This document shows, piece by piece, positions 24,301-36,300 of a stretch of DNA of 64,000 nucleotides. The stretch is from Podarcis filfolensis (lineage: Eukaryota): the NCBI GenBank assembly GCA_964270895.1, contig OZ185440.1; one strand, given 5' to 3'. A program made the translations under genes and the position numbers. The notes under the pieces are model-generated. The model searched no databases and was not told the origin of the DNA. It saw only the letters and a list, made by a program, of their open reading frames with translations. Each line of letters begins with the position of its first letter. Positions within the stretch are counted from its first letter, which is position 1.

Positions 24301-27300
24301 TTGTCCAGCTTTCTGGGTCATGTGGCCAGCATGACTAAACTGCTTCCGGAGCAATGGAACACCATGACGGAAACCAGAGCGCATGGAAACGCCGTTTACC
24401 TTTTCGCTGCCGTGGTACCTATTTATTTACTTGTGCTGCTTGCTTTCGAACTGCTAGGTTGGCAGGAGTTGCGGCAAAGCAATGGGAGCTCACCCCATCG
24501 TGAGGATTCAAACTGCCGACCTTCTGATTGGCAAGCCCAAGAGGCTCAGTGGTTTAGACCACAGCGCCACCCGCATCCCTGGGTTCACAATAGGTCACGG
24601 AGGCACAGAATGGAACAATGAAAGGGCCTTACTTCTTGGCCTTCAGATCAAGAACAGGGGAGAAAGCTTTTGAGCGATAGTATGTTACACCAGAAGGTGG
24701 GGGGGGGAAACCCCATACACCAAAGTAGGAAATCTACTGGATGATTGTACAGCTTTGTGTTGCTTTCCTGTGGGCATAGTGGTCTCTGGATACACTTTCC
24801 CTCACCTCCCGGTAGATCTTTATACAGCAGTGCAGGTGAGTTTTCCCTGTGGTACTACCAATGTTCCTTTTATTTTTCAGAGATAGCCACATTGATTGCT
24901 TGGCTGTGAGCTTGTTTGCTCACATCGCACAGTCCAAGACCACAATCATTACCCAGTTATAATTCAATTTCTGTGTGGGGATTTATGGGCACTGATTTGT
25001 AATTTACAGATTAGTGGTCTTTGGCTGTTAATTAGTGTGCTGAATTGAATGGCTGTCTCCCAGGGGAAGCGCAGGCCCTGTCTACCCTGACTATATATGC
25101 TCCCCTCACCCCCCAGAGCTTGTCATACCTAGTAAATACAAGGAAATGTATTGCTAATACATAGCTGAAGGAGATTCCTCCCGGGCCTTTACAAGCTGAG
25201 GAAATAGTATTTCCCCCTTCTCTTTCTCACAGCTCATTCTGCACAACAAACAGCTGACCCAGATGCTGAAATCAACAACTCCTGTCCAAGAGGAAGAGGA
25301 AGATCCACTAGCGTATTATGAGAAGCACACATCCCAGATAGAGGTGGGGTTGACTTTTTTCATAGCTATGTCTACACGTTTTCAAATCTGCGTGTAATTA
25401 GAATTTTTTTGGGTCATGTCTGGTATCCGGATTTCTGTATCAGATGACCTAAACGGTGTAATATACAGTTCTGCATTTCATTATCTAACAGCATGTGGAT
25501 GACCTGCTCCGAAATATCCATAAGAGGCTTATGAGGGGGTCTTGGATACTGTGATTCCAAGGCCTTCTCTGATTTGCCCTCACAAATGGCAGAAATGTAC
25601 ACCAGTTCTGAAGTTAGCATAATTGTTTTCTCTTCCATTAGTGTCAATAGTGGGAAAACTACTTTTCATGGAAGCTGAATGAAGGCAGTACACAATAGAA
25701 AACCTCCAGCTCTGGCTGGTGTGAGCCAGTAGGCTTTAGGAAATGGTGGTTTCTCCTCTACATAATTTCTCTCCTCATCCTCAACTTTAGGATGGCTCTA
25801 TTAGCCACCAGAGCTGCTGCTTTTGCAGCTTGTAAGTTGCGTAACCAATTTTTCAAGAGCTCATGCCTGTCAGCTGTCATCCCATTAGTTCTGCTTGAAT
25901 GTAAGGAATCGTGCCGGAATACACTAATGTAGCCTCCTCCGTTGTGACTAGCAAATCTCTTTGAAAAATGCCCTGTGGTTGACTCACTCAAGATTCCACC
26001 TAGTCATGTCCTTTCTCTACCTTATCCTGAGCCATATAAAAACCTTTATGATGCCGCATCTGGTGATGCTAACTCTTGCCTGCCAGTGTTGAAGCACTGG
26101 CCCATGCTGTTGGCTGGTGCAGCGTCCTGGATTAGCTGCAACTCTAGCAGACATTGTGCTCCAACCCAGATGCTTATTTCCTGGGTTTTGCTGCTGGGGG
26201 TGCTTGTCACATATACAGATGCACTGGTTTTAGCTGTATATTTTATACATACGGTTTTGAACTGCTTTGACCCATACTTAAGCTACCAGGATAAAGTGGG
26301 AGAAAGACCTAGGTGCCTTCCAGGATATGAACCAAAGACTCCTCAAATCTCTGCTTTCTCCCAGATTGTGCGCCTGGACCGCAGCATGGAGCAGATCATC
26401 TTCCCGGTGCCCAGCATCTGCGAGTTTGTGACCAAAGAGACGAAATACCGCCTGTTCACCACAACAGAGCAGGATGACCAGGGCAGCAAAGTCAGTGACT
26501 TCTTTGAGCAGTCGTCCTTCCTCCACAACGAGATGGAATGGCAGAAGAAACTGCGCAGTAAGACTAGAACAAGGCAGGAGGCTGTTTGTACAGATAATAA
26601 TTTAGAATGCCAAATTGTATGTCAGCTCAAGCCCCTGCAAGCACCTGTTGAGGAGTGTGGATAGTCAAGTGATGTTCACCGGGCTCCACTGACCCTGTCC
26701 TGAAGGTGGCACCCAATTCATTCCCTGCAGCTCCCCAGAGAATCATGGGGCCATGCAGACTCCATAGCCCTGGAGAGGGCGCTTTGGAGCGATCATTTCA
26801 ATAGCCGTTTCTGTTTCACAGTGAGACCACAGCTTTTTCAGGAGTGCCAACCATGTCAATCAGGAAACCCCCTAGATGATTCAATAATCCATTGAATTCT
26901 ATATTTCTCTGGGGCAGACCATCTTATTTATTTTTTTCTTTAAATTTGTATCTTGTCCTTCCTCCCAAAGCAACCCAGGGGCAGTCAACAAGTAGTAAAA
27001 CAATAAAGGAAATATTGGAAACAATTCCAGTACAGGTGCAGACTGGGAAAGATTTCAATGCAAATGTCTTGTTGAAAGTGGAAGGTCTTCAGCTGTTGCC
27101 GAAAAGACAAGAGATGGCGCCTGTTTAATATTCAGTAGTTCCACACCCCTGCAGGAGGATATTACTGTTGCCAGTCCAAGTGTCATCAAGGAATGATCTA
27201 CCCAGGACAATGAGCTCATTGCAAACTCTCTCTGCAGCCACTCGCTCTATAGCAAAGACCAGTTCAAGAGTGTGCCCTTCCACTTGTTTGGGGCCTGTGA

Positions 27301-30300
27301 TGAACTGAGATAGCCCCATAGTAGTCATGAAGGCCACGATGAGCTGAATCTGTAGAGGCAGCCTCTGCATGGACATTGACATATCCCAATGCTGCTGTGT
27401 GGGGATTCTCAGAGACTACCAGTCAGGGAGGCTTCTGGGTAGGTGACACATCTGCAGCATCCCTATTCCCCTCTCATAACTTTGAGAGAGCTGACTGGAT
27501 GTCCCTTTAAATCAACAGTGGCTAAGCTGTGGCTGCCCAGACTATAACTCCCATCATCCTTGCCATTGGCCATGCTGGCTGGGGCTGATGGGAGTTGGAG
27601 TCCAATAAGATATGGAGGGCTGCTGTTTCACCCTCCCTGCTTAACGTGTTAGCATTCAAAATCTTAGTGAGTTTTTCTACAGAAAACAGTGGTAGAAAGA
27701 ATGAAATGAGGACATGATCCCGGACCAGTTTTATGTGCTGCAGTCCACTGAAATGTGGTGAGCACAAATATTGAGGTATCATTTGAAAATTATGTCCCAG
27801 TTTCTGGCAATTGATAGTGTTTGCAACTGGGTTGGGGAAACAAGAGCATTGATCTCTGGCTCTATAAATAATTGCACTGAGATTGCTGGGTCTTTGGAGA
27901 GCTCTGTGCTACTTTCCAAAAGCATACAAGATATACTCAGCTTTGCCTTTCTTTCTTCTCATAGGCAATCCACTGATGTACTGGTTCTCCCGCAGAATGA
28001 CACTCTGGGGAAGCATTTCCTTCAACCTGGCTGTCTTCATAAACATCATCATTGCTTTATTCTATCCTTATGTCGAAGCATCCTCAATGGGTATATGTTC
28101 CATCAGGCTCACTTTGATTTTTATACAACCATTGCCAGCATTCATGGATCCCTTTGCAGGGGTACTCTGCCCACTTGGTATTCATGCAAAGAAAATGCTG
28201 TCTGAGGCCCTGTGGTTCTTCGGTCAATTTTGCCAGCTAGGCCTTTGCAGCCAACTCGCTAGCAGTTCTTTACCTCAAATAAGCTATCATTTCAAAAACC
28301 CTAATCACTTATCTTTTTGTGAACATTAAAAATAAACCCCCTTTGGAAAGAACCTTTCTGCAAAACCTTTGGTAAACCAGTTCCCAGTAAGAAGTTGTGT
28401 TCTGTTTGTATATTTTGAGTGTTTTTCAAAACAAACAAGCATGTAGATCAGTGGTTTTCAACCAGTGTGCCGTGGCACCCTGGGGTGCCTTGAATTATGG
28501 TCAGGGGTGCCACAGGCAACACTGGCCTCTGTCCATCTTTCCTTCCCTCCTTCCTCTGATGCCCTCTTGCATCTCTGCCTCCCAAAGGCTTGCACAGCTG
28601 TTTGTTGTAGCAGTCCTGGCTATAAGCTCTGCAGGTATTCACAAGGTATTCTGCAGGTGTCAGGGGTGCTGGTTGCCAGGAGCTGAAGCGGCCTTGGAGT
28701 AAAAGAGCAAGTGGGCGAGGGAGCCCAGCCAGCCAGTCCCACCAGCCCTCGCTGTTAGGAATAGACAGACAAGTCCCAGGCCCCTGAGGGGCAGTGTGAG
28801 GAGGCACCTCTCTTTGGGGCTGGGCAGTTCAGAGACCAAGGGCGGCGGCAGCAGCTGCCTAGAGGACTCCCAAGGAGAGGGGAGAGGAGGCTGAGGGAGC
28901 ACTCCACAAGGGAGGCTGTTTGAAAAAGGGTGAGAGGCTGCCAGCTCTGCAGGCAAGGGGTGACATAACTGGGCTCCTGATCCCCACAGGGGTGCCGCAG
29001 AAAGAATCTTGTTGGTCAAGGGAGCCATGGACTCAAAAAGGTTGAAAACCTCTGATGTAGATGACACTCATGGTAGACTGTACATACCCTGATGTGGTCT
29101 CCTAAAAGAAATGCATCCTTTAGATCTGGGTGCTCAGATCTGGGGTTGAAAACAGATGAGGCAGGATGTGGTCCACTGAGCAGCTGTGCTGTTGGGGAAT
29201 GGCTAGCAGTGCCTGTGTGAGGGGACAGGGTGATGGCATCTTTGGTTCCCACTAGGCATTGCTGGTTATGCATTAGTAGCACATCTGCACCATCCTGGGC
29301 AAGGAGGCATCTCCAGTTCTCCTCCCTGTCAGCTGCAGTTCTTTGTAGAAAATCCGACTGACGTTTGTTCCAGTTCAGCAGTAAACTGCAGATTTTCCGA
29401 CGAGACCCAGGCTTAGAAATCACAAACGAAAGTGTGGATGAACAGTAATGGCATTCACTGCCTTCTGCTTTGCCTCGATGGCCGTTGCTATGCAAGTGCT
29501 TTAATGCTGTGTTCTCTCGAAGCTTGTTTCTTCTCACCTAATGCTGTGCGACGTGATCAGTAGCGGGGCATGCAGAGCTCCACTTCTGTCACTTGGAAGG
29601 TGTTGGGTGGGACAGGACTGTGGCAAGGTCAGGGATGGTGGGTGGGTGTGTGTGCATCCAAACCTCACCCTTCCCCACCCCCGCACCTTCCAGGTAAGTC
29701 TCAGCGATGCCAGTGTCAGGAGAGCAGTTCTGCTCCATCACAGCAGCTGCTGCTGAAGGTTATGTTACAAACAAACGTCTTGGCTACTTAATGAATTAAT
29801 TTGTGAATTTCCAGGACTGTTGGATTCTCCACTGATCCCCCTGCTCTCCTGGCTTTTAATCTGCTTCTCCATCATGGCTCTCTTTACCCGACGCTATGGG
29901 ATCCGACCGCTCCTTGTGGCATTGATCCTGCGATCCATCTACCACCTGGGCATTGGACTCACTCTGAACATACTGGGAGCTCTCAATGTAAGTCACTTGG
30001 CTAACCTCAGGCCAAACTGGGAATGAGTTCCACTGAACTACCATAAACTGTGCGACCCTTTGCCTATTGAGATCAAGTAGGCGCCTTCGCTGTACTCTCT
30101 GACACCTGTTAAAAACATTCTTGTTTAAATATGCCTATCTAGATGCTTAGAAAATCGAAGTAATTTTAATCTAGTTTAGTATTTTAACTTTTGTGTGCTT
30201 TTAGGTTTGGTTGTGAAATTTTCTTGATTTTACTGTTGTATCTTTTGTAAAATGCTGAGGTTGTTTTTTTTTACACAATCAAGCAGTGTATAAATTTTAT

Positions 30301-33300
30301 TAAGGAGACAAACCAACCAGCAAACAAAGAAGCAAGGGGTTTTAGGTACTGGCACCATGCCTAGAGCTAAGACCAGTTTGTCTTTGCAAATTTAATGGCA
30401 ATGGATTTATATCAGTGTTAACTGAAAGCAGAAGATTGCTGTCAATAAAGCTAAAGTAGCATAATAAACAGCATAAACTCACTCCCGAAAGTAACTGCTT
30501 GCCTCTTTCCCCCTCTGCTTTGTGCTTGTTCCACAGCTGACAAATAAGATTGTGTTTGTGGTGAGCTTTGTTGGAAACCGCGGAACATTCATCCGAGGAT
30601 ATAAGGCCATGATCATGGATATGGAATTTCTCTATCATGTTGCCTATATCTTGACCAGCGTCTTGGGACTCTTTGTGCATGAACTATTCTACAGCATCTT
30701 GGTATGCTAATTTCTTCTGTATTATCTACCTGTTGTATGCGTAACATTTCACCTCTTTTTATGCCTGCTTTGTTCTCCCTAGCTGGCTAGGATTGCAATT
30801 ATTCATTTTATGAAGTGGGCAAGAAAGAAATACAAATCATTGACTAGATGGGATGGTTTGGTACTGTCAAGCAACACCAAACCAATTCCTGTTCCGAGAA
30901 GTTGCTAGGCTCTTGAAGCAAGAGTCCAGAGGGCTTCTTGTTCCTTTATGGAAAAGAACGTCCACATTTATCTGTGAGAAAAGTGGGGATGTTGGTGATT
31001 AATGAATGGCAATCATTCACCTGCAAATAAATACTATGTGCCTGAAGACTACCACAGAATGCCTGTTCTCTTCAGACTGATTCTATATAAGCAAGTTATT
31101 ATTATTTTTCTGTTTCAGCTGTTTGACTTGATCTACCGGGAGGAGACCTTATTTAATGTCATCAAAAGTGTGACACGCAACGGACGCTCCATTCTTCTGA
31201 CAGCCCTTCTGGCTCTCATCCTCGTCTACCTCTTCTCCATTGTAGGCTTTCTCTTTCTGAAAGATGACTTCATCCTTGAAGTAGACCCGTTGCCCAACAT
31301 TAAATCGAAAGGTTTGCTCCCCCCCCCCCGCTATCTCTCAAGTTTGATATTTAACAATAGTGGTTTAAACAGAAGGGATTTTAAGATTTGCTGACTTCTG
31401 AAGCAACCCATTTGTCTTCACCGGGGTTCATCCAATTACACCAGAAACCTGTATGTTCCCTCCTGTGTTTATTTAAGGATTGGTTTTCACCTTGATTTTG
31501 TACTAGACCTTTCAACCAAGAATGAATAACTGGTAATGGGCAAGCTAAATCCACTCCTGCGTGTTTATGTCCTTAAGGCTTGCAATTTGGAGGCTTTGAC
31601 GTTCAGCGCTGCACTTAAGGGAAGTGCAATTTGAGACTTCTGGATTGGGCACCTTTTATGAGTGTATAAATAGCAGCTTTTACCAGCAAAGTACTGCAAC
31701 TGTGAAAGAACTGGCTTGCATGTGTTTTGCATGGCAGTCTCTCTCCCCCCCTCCATTCAAAATACAACATATAAAGACTCTTCTGTTCAAGTGTGTAGAT
31801 TTCAGTGGGTTCATATGCTTCACTTCAGGGGTTGCCAACATGGCATCTTTGGGCATCAGTGTACCTCCCATGGCACCTGCAGAAGGTCTCTGTAAATCAT
31901 CTCCTCAAAACCTTCAATGCTTGAGACTTTGCTCTGCCTCCTTCATTCATATTTTCACCTGATCCACTCCTTCTAGACTGAACATGCCCCCCTGTCAGGC
32001 TTCGGGGAATCGGCTTCCTCCCCTCTTGTCAGGAGATAAGATAAAAGAAAGGGACGTCTTACCAGTTAGATACTTTAATAATCACAGTGAGAGAACAAAG
32101 AACACATCTCCTAGAAATGGTGGTGCTCCCAATTAAGGATCACACACTCCTCCATCCCTATTAATCTACGTCACTCCTCCGTCTTGTAATCTGAGTTTGT
32201 ACCCTCTGTGCATTCTGTTCTGAGACTTTCTGAGCTCTTTGTGACTTTGGGGAGATCAGAGGAATGCTGTCCAAAGACTGTGAATCTGTTAACCCTCTCT
32301 CTTCCAGTGTTTCTTCTCCTACCTGTTCCCCACCCAGTATTTCCCAGCTTCTGCCTTCTGATCTAGGCCCTTCTGCAAACCACTGTTCCAAATCTATACT
32401 ATCCTCCTGCTCCTGGGAAGATTTAGGGTCAAGGGGTCACTCCCACCATTCCTCCTCAGCACCATTCCTCCTCAGCATGATCCCTGACAACCCTTAAACA
32501 TGTCCACGTTTCATTGAGTGCTTGGTCTGGACACCCTACCTCCCTTCTGAAGAGATTCAAAGAGCTTCTATTGGTGTGTGCATTCGATGCTGGCTGATGT
32601 AGATGCATTTTCCCCTCTTCTATTGACACAATCACTTCTAAGTGCTCTCTACAGCCATGGGGTATCTGGAAGGCTCCTTGGTTTACTGAGGAGCCCTGAG
32701 TGATGAAGTAGGCCAGACATCAACTAGTGCAGAGAGTGCAAGTCCTGGCATGAATCTGGCTGAATTGAGGTACAAGTACATAGCTGTTTGTACCACATGG
32801 CAGTGATGGGAGCAACGATAGTGTATCTCTTGGCCTCTATTATGTACTTAGTGAATTGTGCAGCAGAGCTATTCAAAGTGGTTGGCCCAGATCAGTATGG
32901 CATCAGTAATGGACCACTCAATAGTCTCCTGTGAGAGATTTGTGAGTTAGTCTGAGGGTAACATTACTTGGCTCTGTGCTGAACACAGTGTCACCATTAG
33001 TTCATGCTTGTTGGAGGTCCTTGGAGCATCATTCAAGTACAGCTTGTGGGATCGGTTACAGTTCAAGGATGTGGACAGGATGCTTGTGGTAGTGAGGCTA
33101 TGTGACACTGGGTAGATAGCAACCTAGAACAACAAGAACATGATGGGAGATACTTTTTGGCATGGCTTCAGTGAAAGGAACAACTTTTCTGGACTTTGTC
33201 ATTGTTATGAATTGAAAGTTGATGTTTTGACAATTCTGCTGCCTCCTGTCCTTCCAGGTACTCCTTTGGGGATGCAAGCAGACATGGACGCTTTTATGGA

Positions 33301-36300
33301 GACATGCAGTAGCGACAAAATGAGCTGCTCTTCTGGTGTTGCCAAGCCCAAAGTGATAGAAGGTAGGTGGGGTGGCTGAAGCAACTTTCCCTAATTCAGA
33401 TGCTTGTGGGAGTGAAGAGAAACTTTGCATATTTTATCCGGCACCTTGAGAGGGCAACTAGGATGAAATTGATCTGTGTCTTAGAAGTCAGAACAAGATG
33501 CTGTAAGATCTAATGTCCAAGTTAAGATGCAAAGTTACTTTGTTGGTACTTATCCACAGCATCTTACTGGGACTAGGGGGCACTCTATGTAAGTAAGTCA
33601 GGATGGCAGCCAACTAACTTATTTCTGCCACTGCAAGGATTTCTGCTTGCACAATGGAACTCTTCTCCTCTCTTATCCCCCTGTGCCCTCCTCAGGTCTG
33701 CTTCAGAGGACCATGAGAACTCCCAGAAAAGATTTTTGGGGCAAACACGGAAGGAGAGGAGTAGGGGAAATTTTGTTTTGCAAGTGGAGATCCTTGCACT
33801 GATGGAAAGAGTTGGATAGTGCCCTAACAATATAATGCAGGATGAATTTTAGAAACAAGCAGAGCTGCTGCACGTGGCTATTGGAAATGTCTCTGTTATT
33901 TTCTTCCATCTTCTAAAAAGGAAGGATGAGGCAGAACAGCCAGGTATTTTCTGCATATAGTTAATGAAGCTAAGAAATATGGATTTCACAATACTGAAAG
34001 CTAATCATAGGTGCTCTGTTTGTGTTCCTGCTGAGTGCACTTTTGCTTGCATTCCAGAAGCGGAGGAAGATAATTCAGAGCGTGCCTGCGACACGTTGCT
34101 CATGTGCATAGTCACTGTCCTGAATCATGGCCTCAGAAACGGAGGTGGTGTGGGTGACATCCTCAGGAAGCCGTCCAAAGATGTGAGTTAATTTGGGGGC
34201 AACCCATGTTAGGCAACGCTGGCTAGGGGTCTAAACCAGCACAACAAAGGGTGCCTGTGCCCTACTGAAATCAGTGCATACCACTGTGGTGTGCATATTT
34301 GGATTTTCCCAATAGTTTGTCTATTGTGACATAGCGCAGGGGCACCTATGCTAAATACCAAATGCCAAACGCCACATTATATGGGTCAAATGGGGTCCCC
34401 AACCTGAGGGGTGTGACAGATCTTGTCACATTGGTTTGCTACCTTCCCTTCTCACATTTCTGACTTTTAAAATTCAGATGATCTTTTCTCACAAATTCAC
34501 CTTTTGTGAGATCTTACAATTCCAACATTATGCACACCTAACACAATCAATCCTTCCAAATATTTTCTTCATTGTTTACAAAACAAATCTATTCAACTTG
34601 TAGCCACTGGCATGTTGGCAACTTGTCTGCCAATTTCTAGAGGGAAATGTTTGGCATTTTTCAGCAAAGCACCAGATAAGAGAAGCCATGCTTTCTTTTA
34701 ATGGCTGTCCTTGTCTTTCTGTCCTAAAGGAGTCTCTTTTCCCTGCTCGAGTGATCTACGACCTCCTGTTCTTCTTCATTGTCATAATCATAGTCCTCAA
34801 CCTCATATTTGGTGTAATCATCGACACCTTTGCAGATCTGAGGAGCGAGAAGCAGAAAAAAGAAGAAATCCTGAAGACAACGTGTTTTATATGTGGTAAT
34901 TGCCCAGGGAAACTATTTATCTGGGAAATACCCCCATATATTCAGCAAACATCCAACAAGATCATTGCCTATCTGGTGGAGGAACTATCCCCTTCTCCAA
35001 AAGTAAACTAAGTATTCAGGGGGTGTTCTTCAGGCCCCTGCAGAAAGGAGAATTAGGATTTGGGTGTTCATTTGACTGCAGCAGCTGAAACTGCCCACAA
35101 TACAAACATATGTTGTATTTCAGATATTCATTGGCCTGCATACAGGATCCAAAACACAGCAGAAATGTATCCCATCTTAGTGCATTCAAATTTAAGTTTT
35201 CACAATTTCACTTTCAAAGCAAATTTTTATTGGTTTCTGATGGTCTGTCAGTGGGTGCAAAATGGCAGAAGTGCAATATCACTTGAGATAATATGCATAA
35301 TATCTCAGCTTTCCTATTTTACACAATTAACGTTAGTGTTTAGATTTCAAGACGTCTCTTGAAGTGGTTATAAACTACTCCATCCATCTTTTCTTTTAAG
35401 GCATGTTTTCAGTTTTACAGAGATTCTTTAAGTGTCCAAAACAGGTACTGTAATTTGAAATTTAACTGCTCAGCCGTGAACATTAGGCACTAGCCATTTT
35501 CTGCTCAAGACCTGCTAAAATTAGATTGGAAGAACCCCAAAGGCTTTCTCTTCCAGTTCCCTGCTGTGAACATGACCACCCATCCATTAGCACCCCACTG
35601 ACCAACTTATGCTGTTCATATTTCTGTATGCTACAAGTGGAGGTCAAGTAGAGAAAAATGCGTGCAAAATCAGTCTCTTTAATGGGACTTAGGGATGGGT
35701 GCAGCAGTTGCTAGATAACATAGCATTCTCCTTTTCTTCATTACTTCCTTAGGACTCGAAAGGGACAAGTTTGACAACAAGACTGTATCTTTTGAGGAGC
35801 ACATTAAATTTGAACACAACATGTGGAATTACCTGTACTTCATAGTGCTGGTGCGAGTCAAAAACAAGACTGACTACACAGGGCCTGAGAGCTACGTAGC
35901 ACAAATGATAAAGGTAAAGGCGATCAATACTCTTGCATGATGGGAAGAGTTTCACTTTGGAAAAAGGCAGTTTTAGTGGGCAGCCTGTGTGTGAGGTATA
36001 TAATCTCAAATAAAATCAGTTGCCCTGGGTCTACTTCCCTTCAGTTTTGCAATCTGGCCTCTGCCAGTGGCCAGATGTATGAGAGGATGTAACTTCAAGA
36101 ATTGGTACCTGTACTGGCTTGTAAGCAAGGACTGTCTTGGTTTTTAATTTCTGTATAGTGCTTTTGAAGGGATGCTATTAATACACTGGGTGCTCTAGCT
36201 TTGTTGCAGAATTGCTCCTCCATCTGTGGATGGATAACTCCTCTCTCTTGCTCCAACAGGCAGCACTTAGCACCAGAGTCTTTGTTCTTGACAGTTCAGT

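Noticed and set aside
25975-26664. 229-aa ORF, the longest in the track
   Set aside because: Only 26365-26557 is ITPR3 exon; the rest is stop-free intron with no recognisable protein features.
29016-29537. 173-aa minus-strand ORF
   Set aside because: No motif or coding bias; intronic and overlaps a transposon end.
32520-33100. Possible decayed LINE ORF2 on the minus strand (PWL..ALR-like peptide)
   Set aside because: Motif spacing does not fit and similarity is too weak to support by eye.
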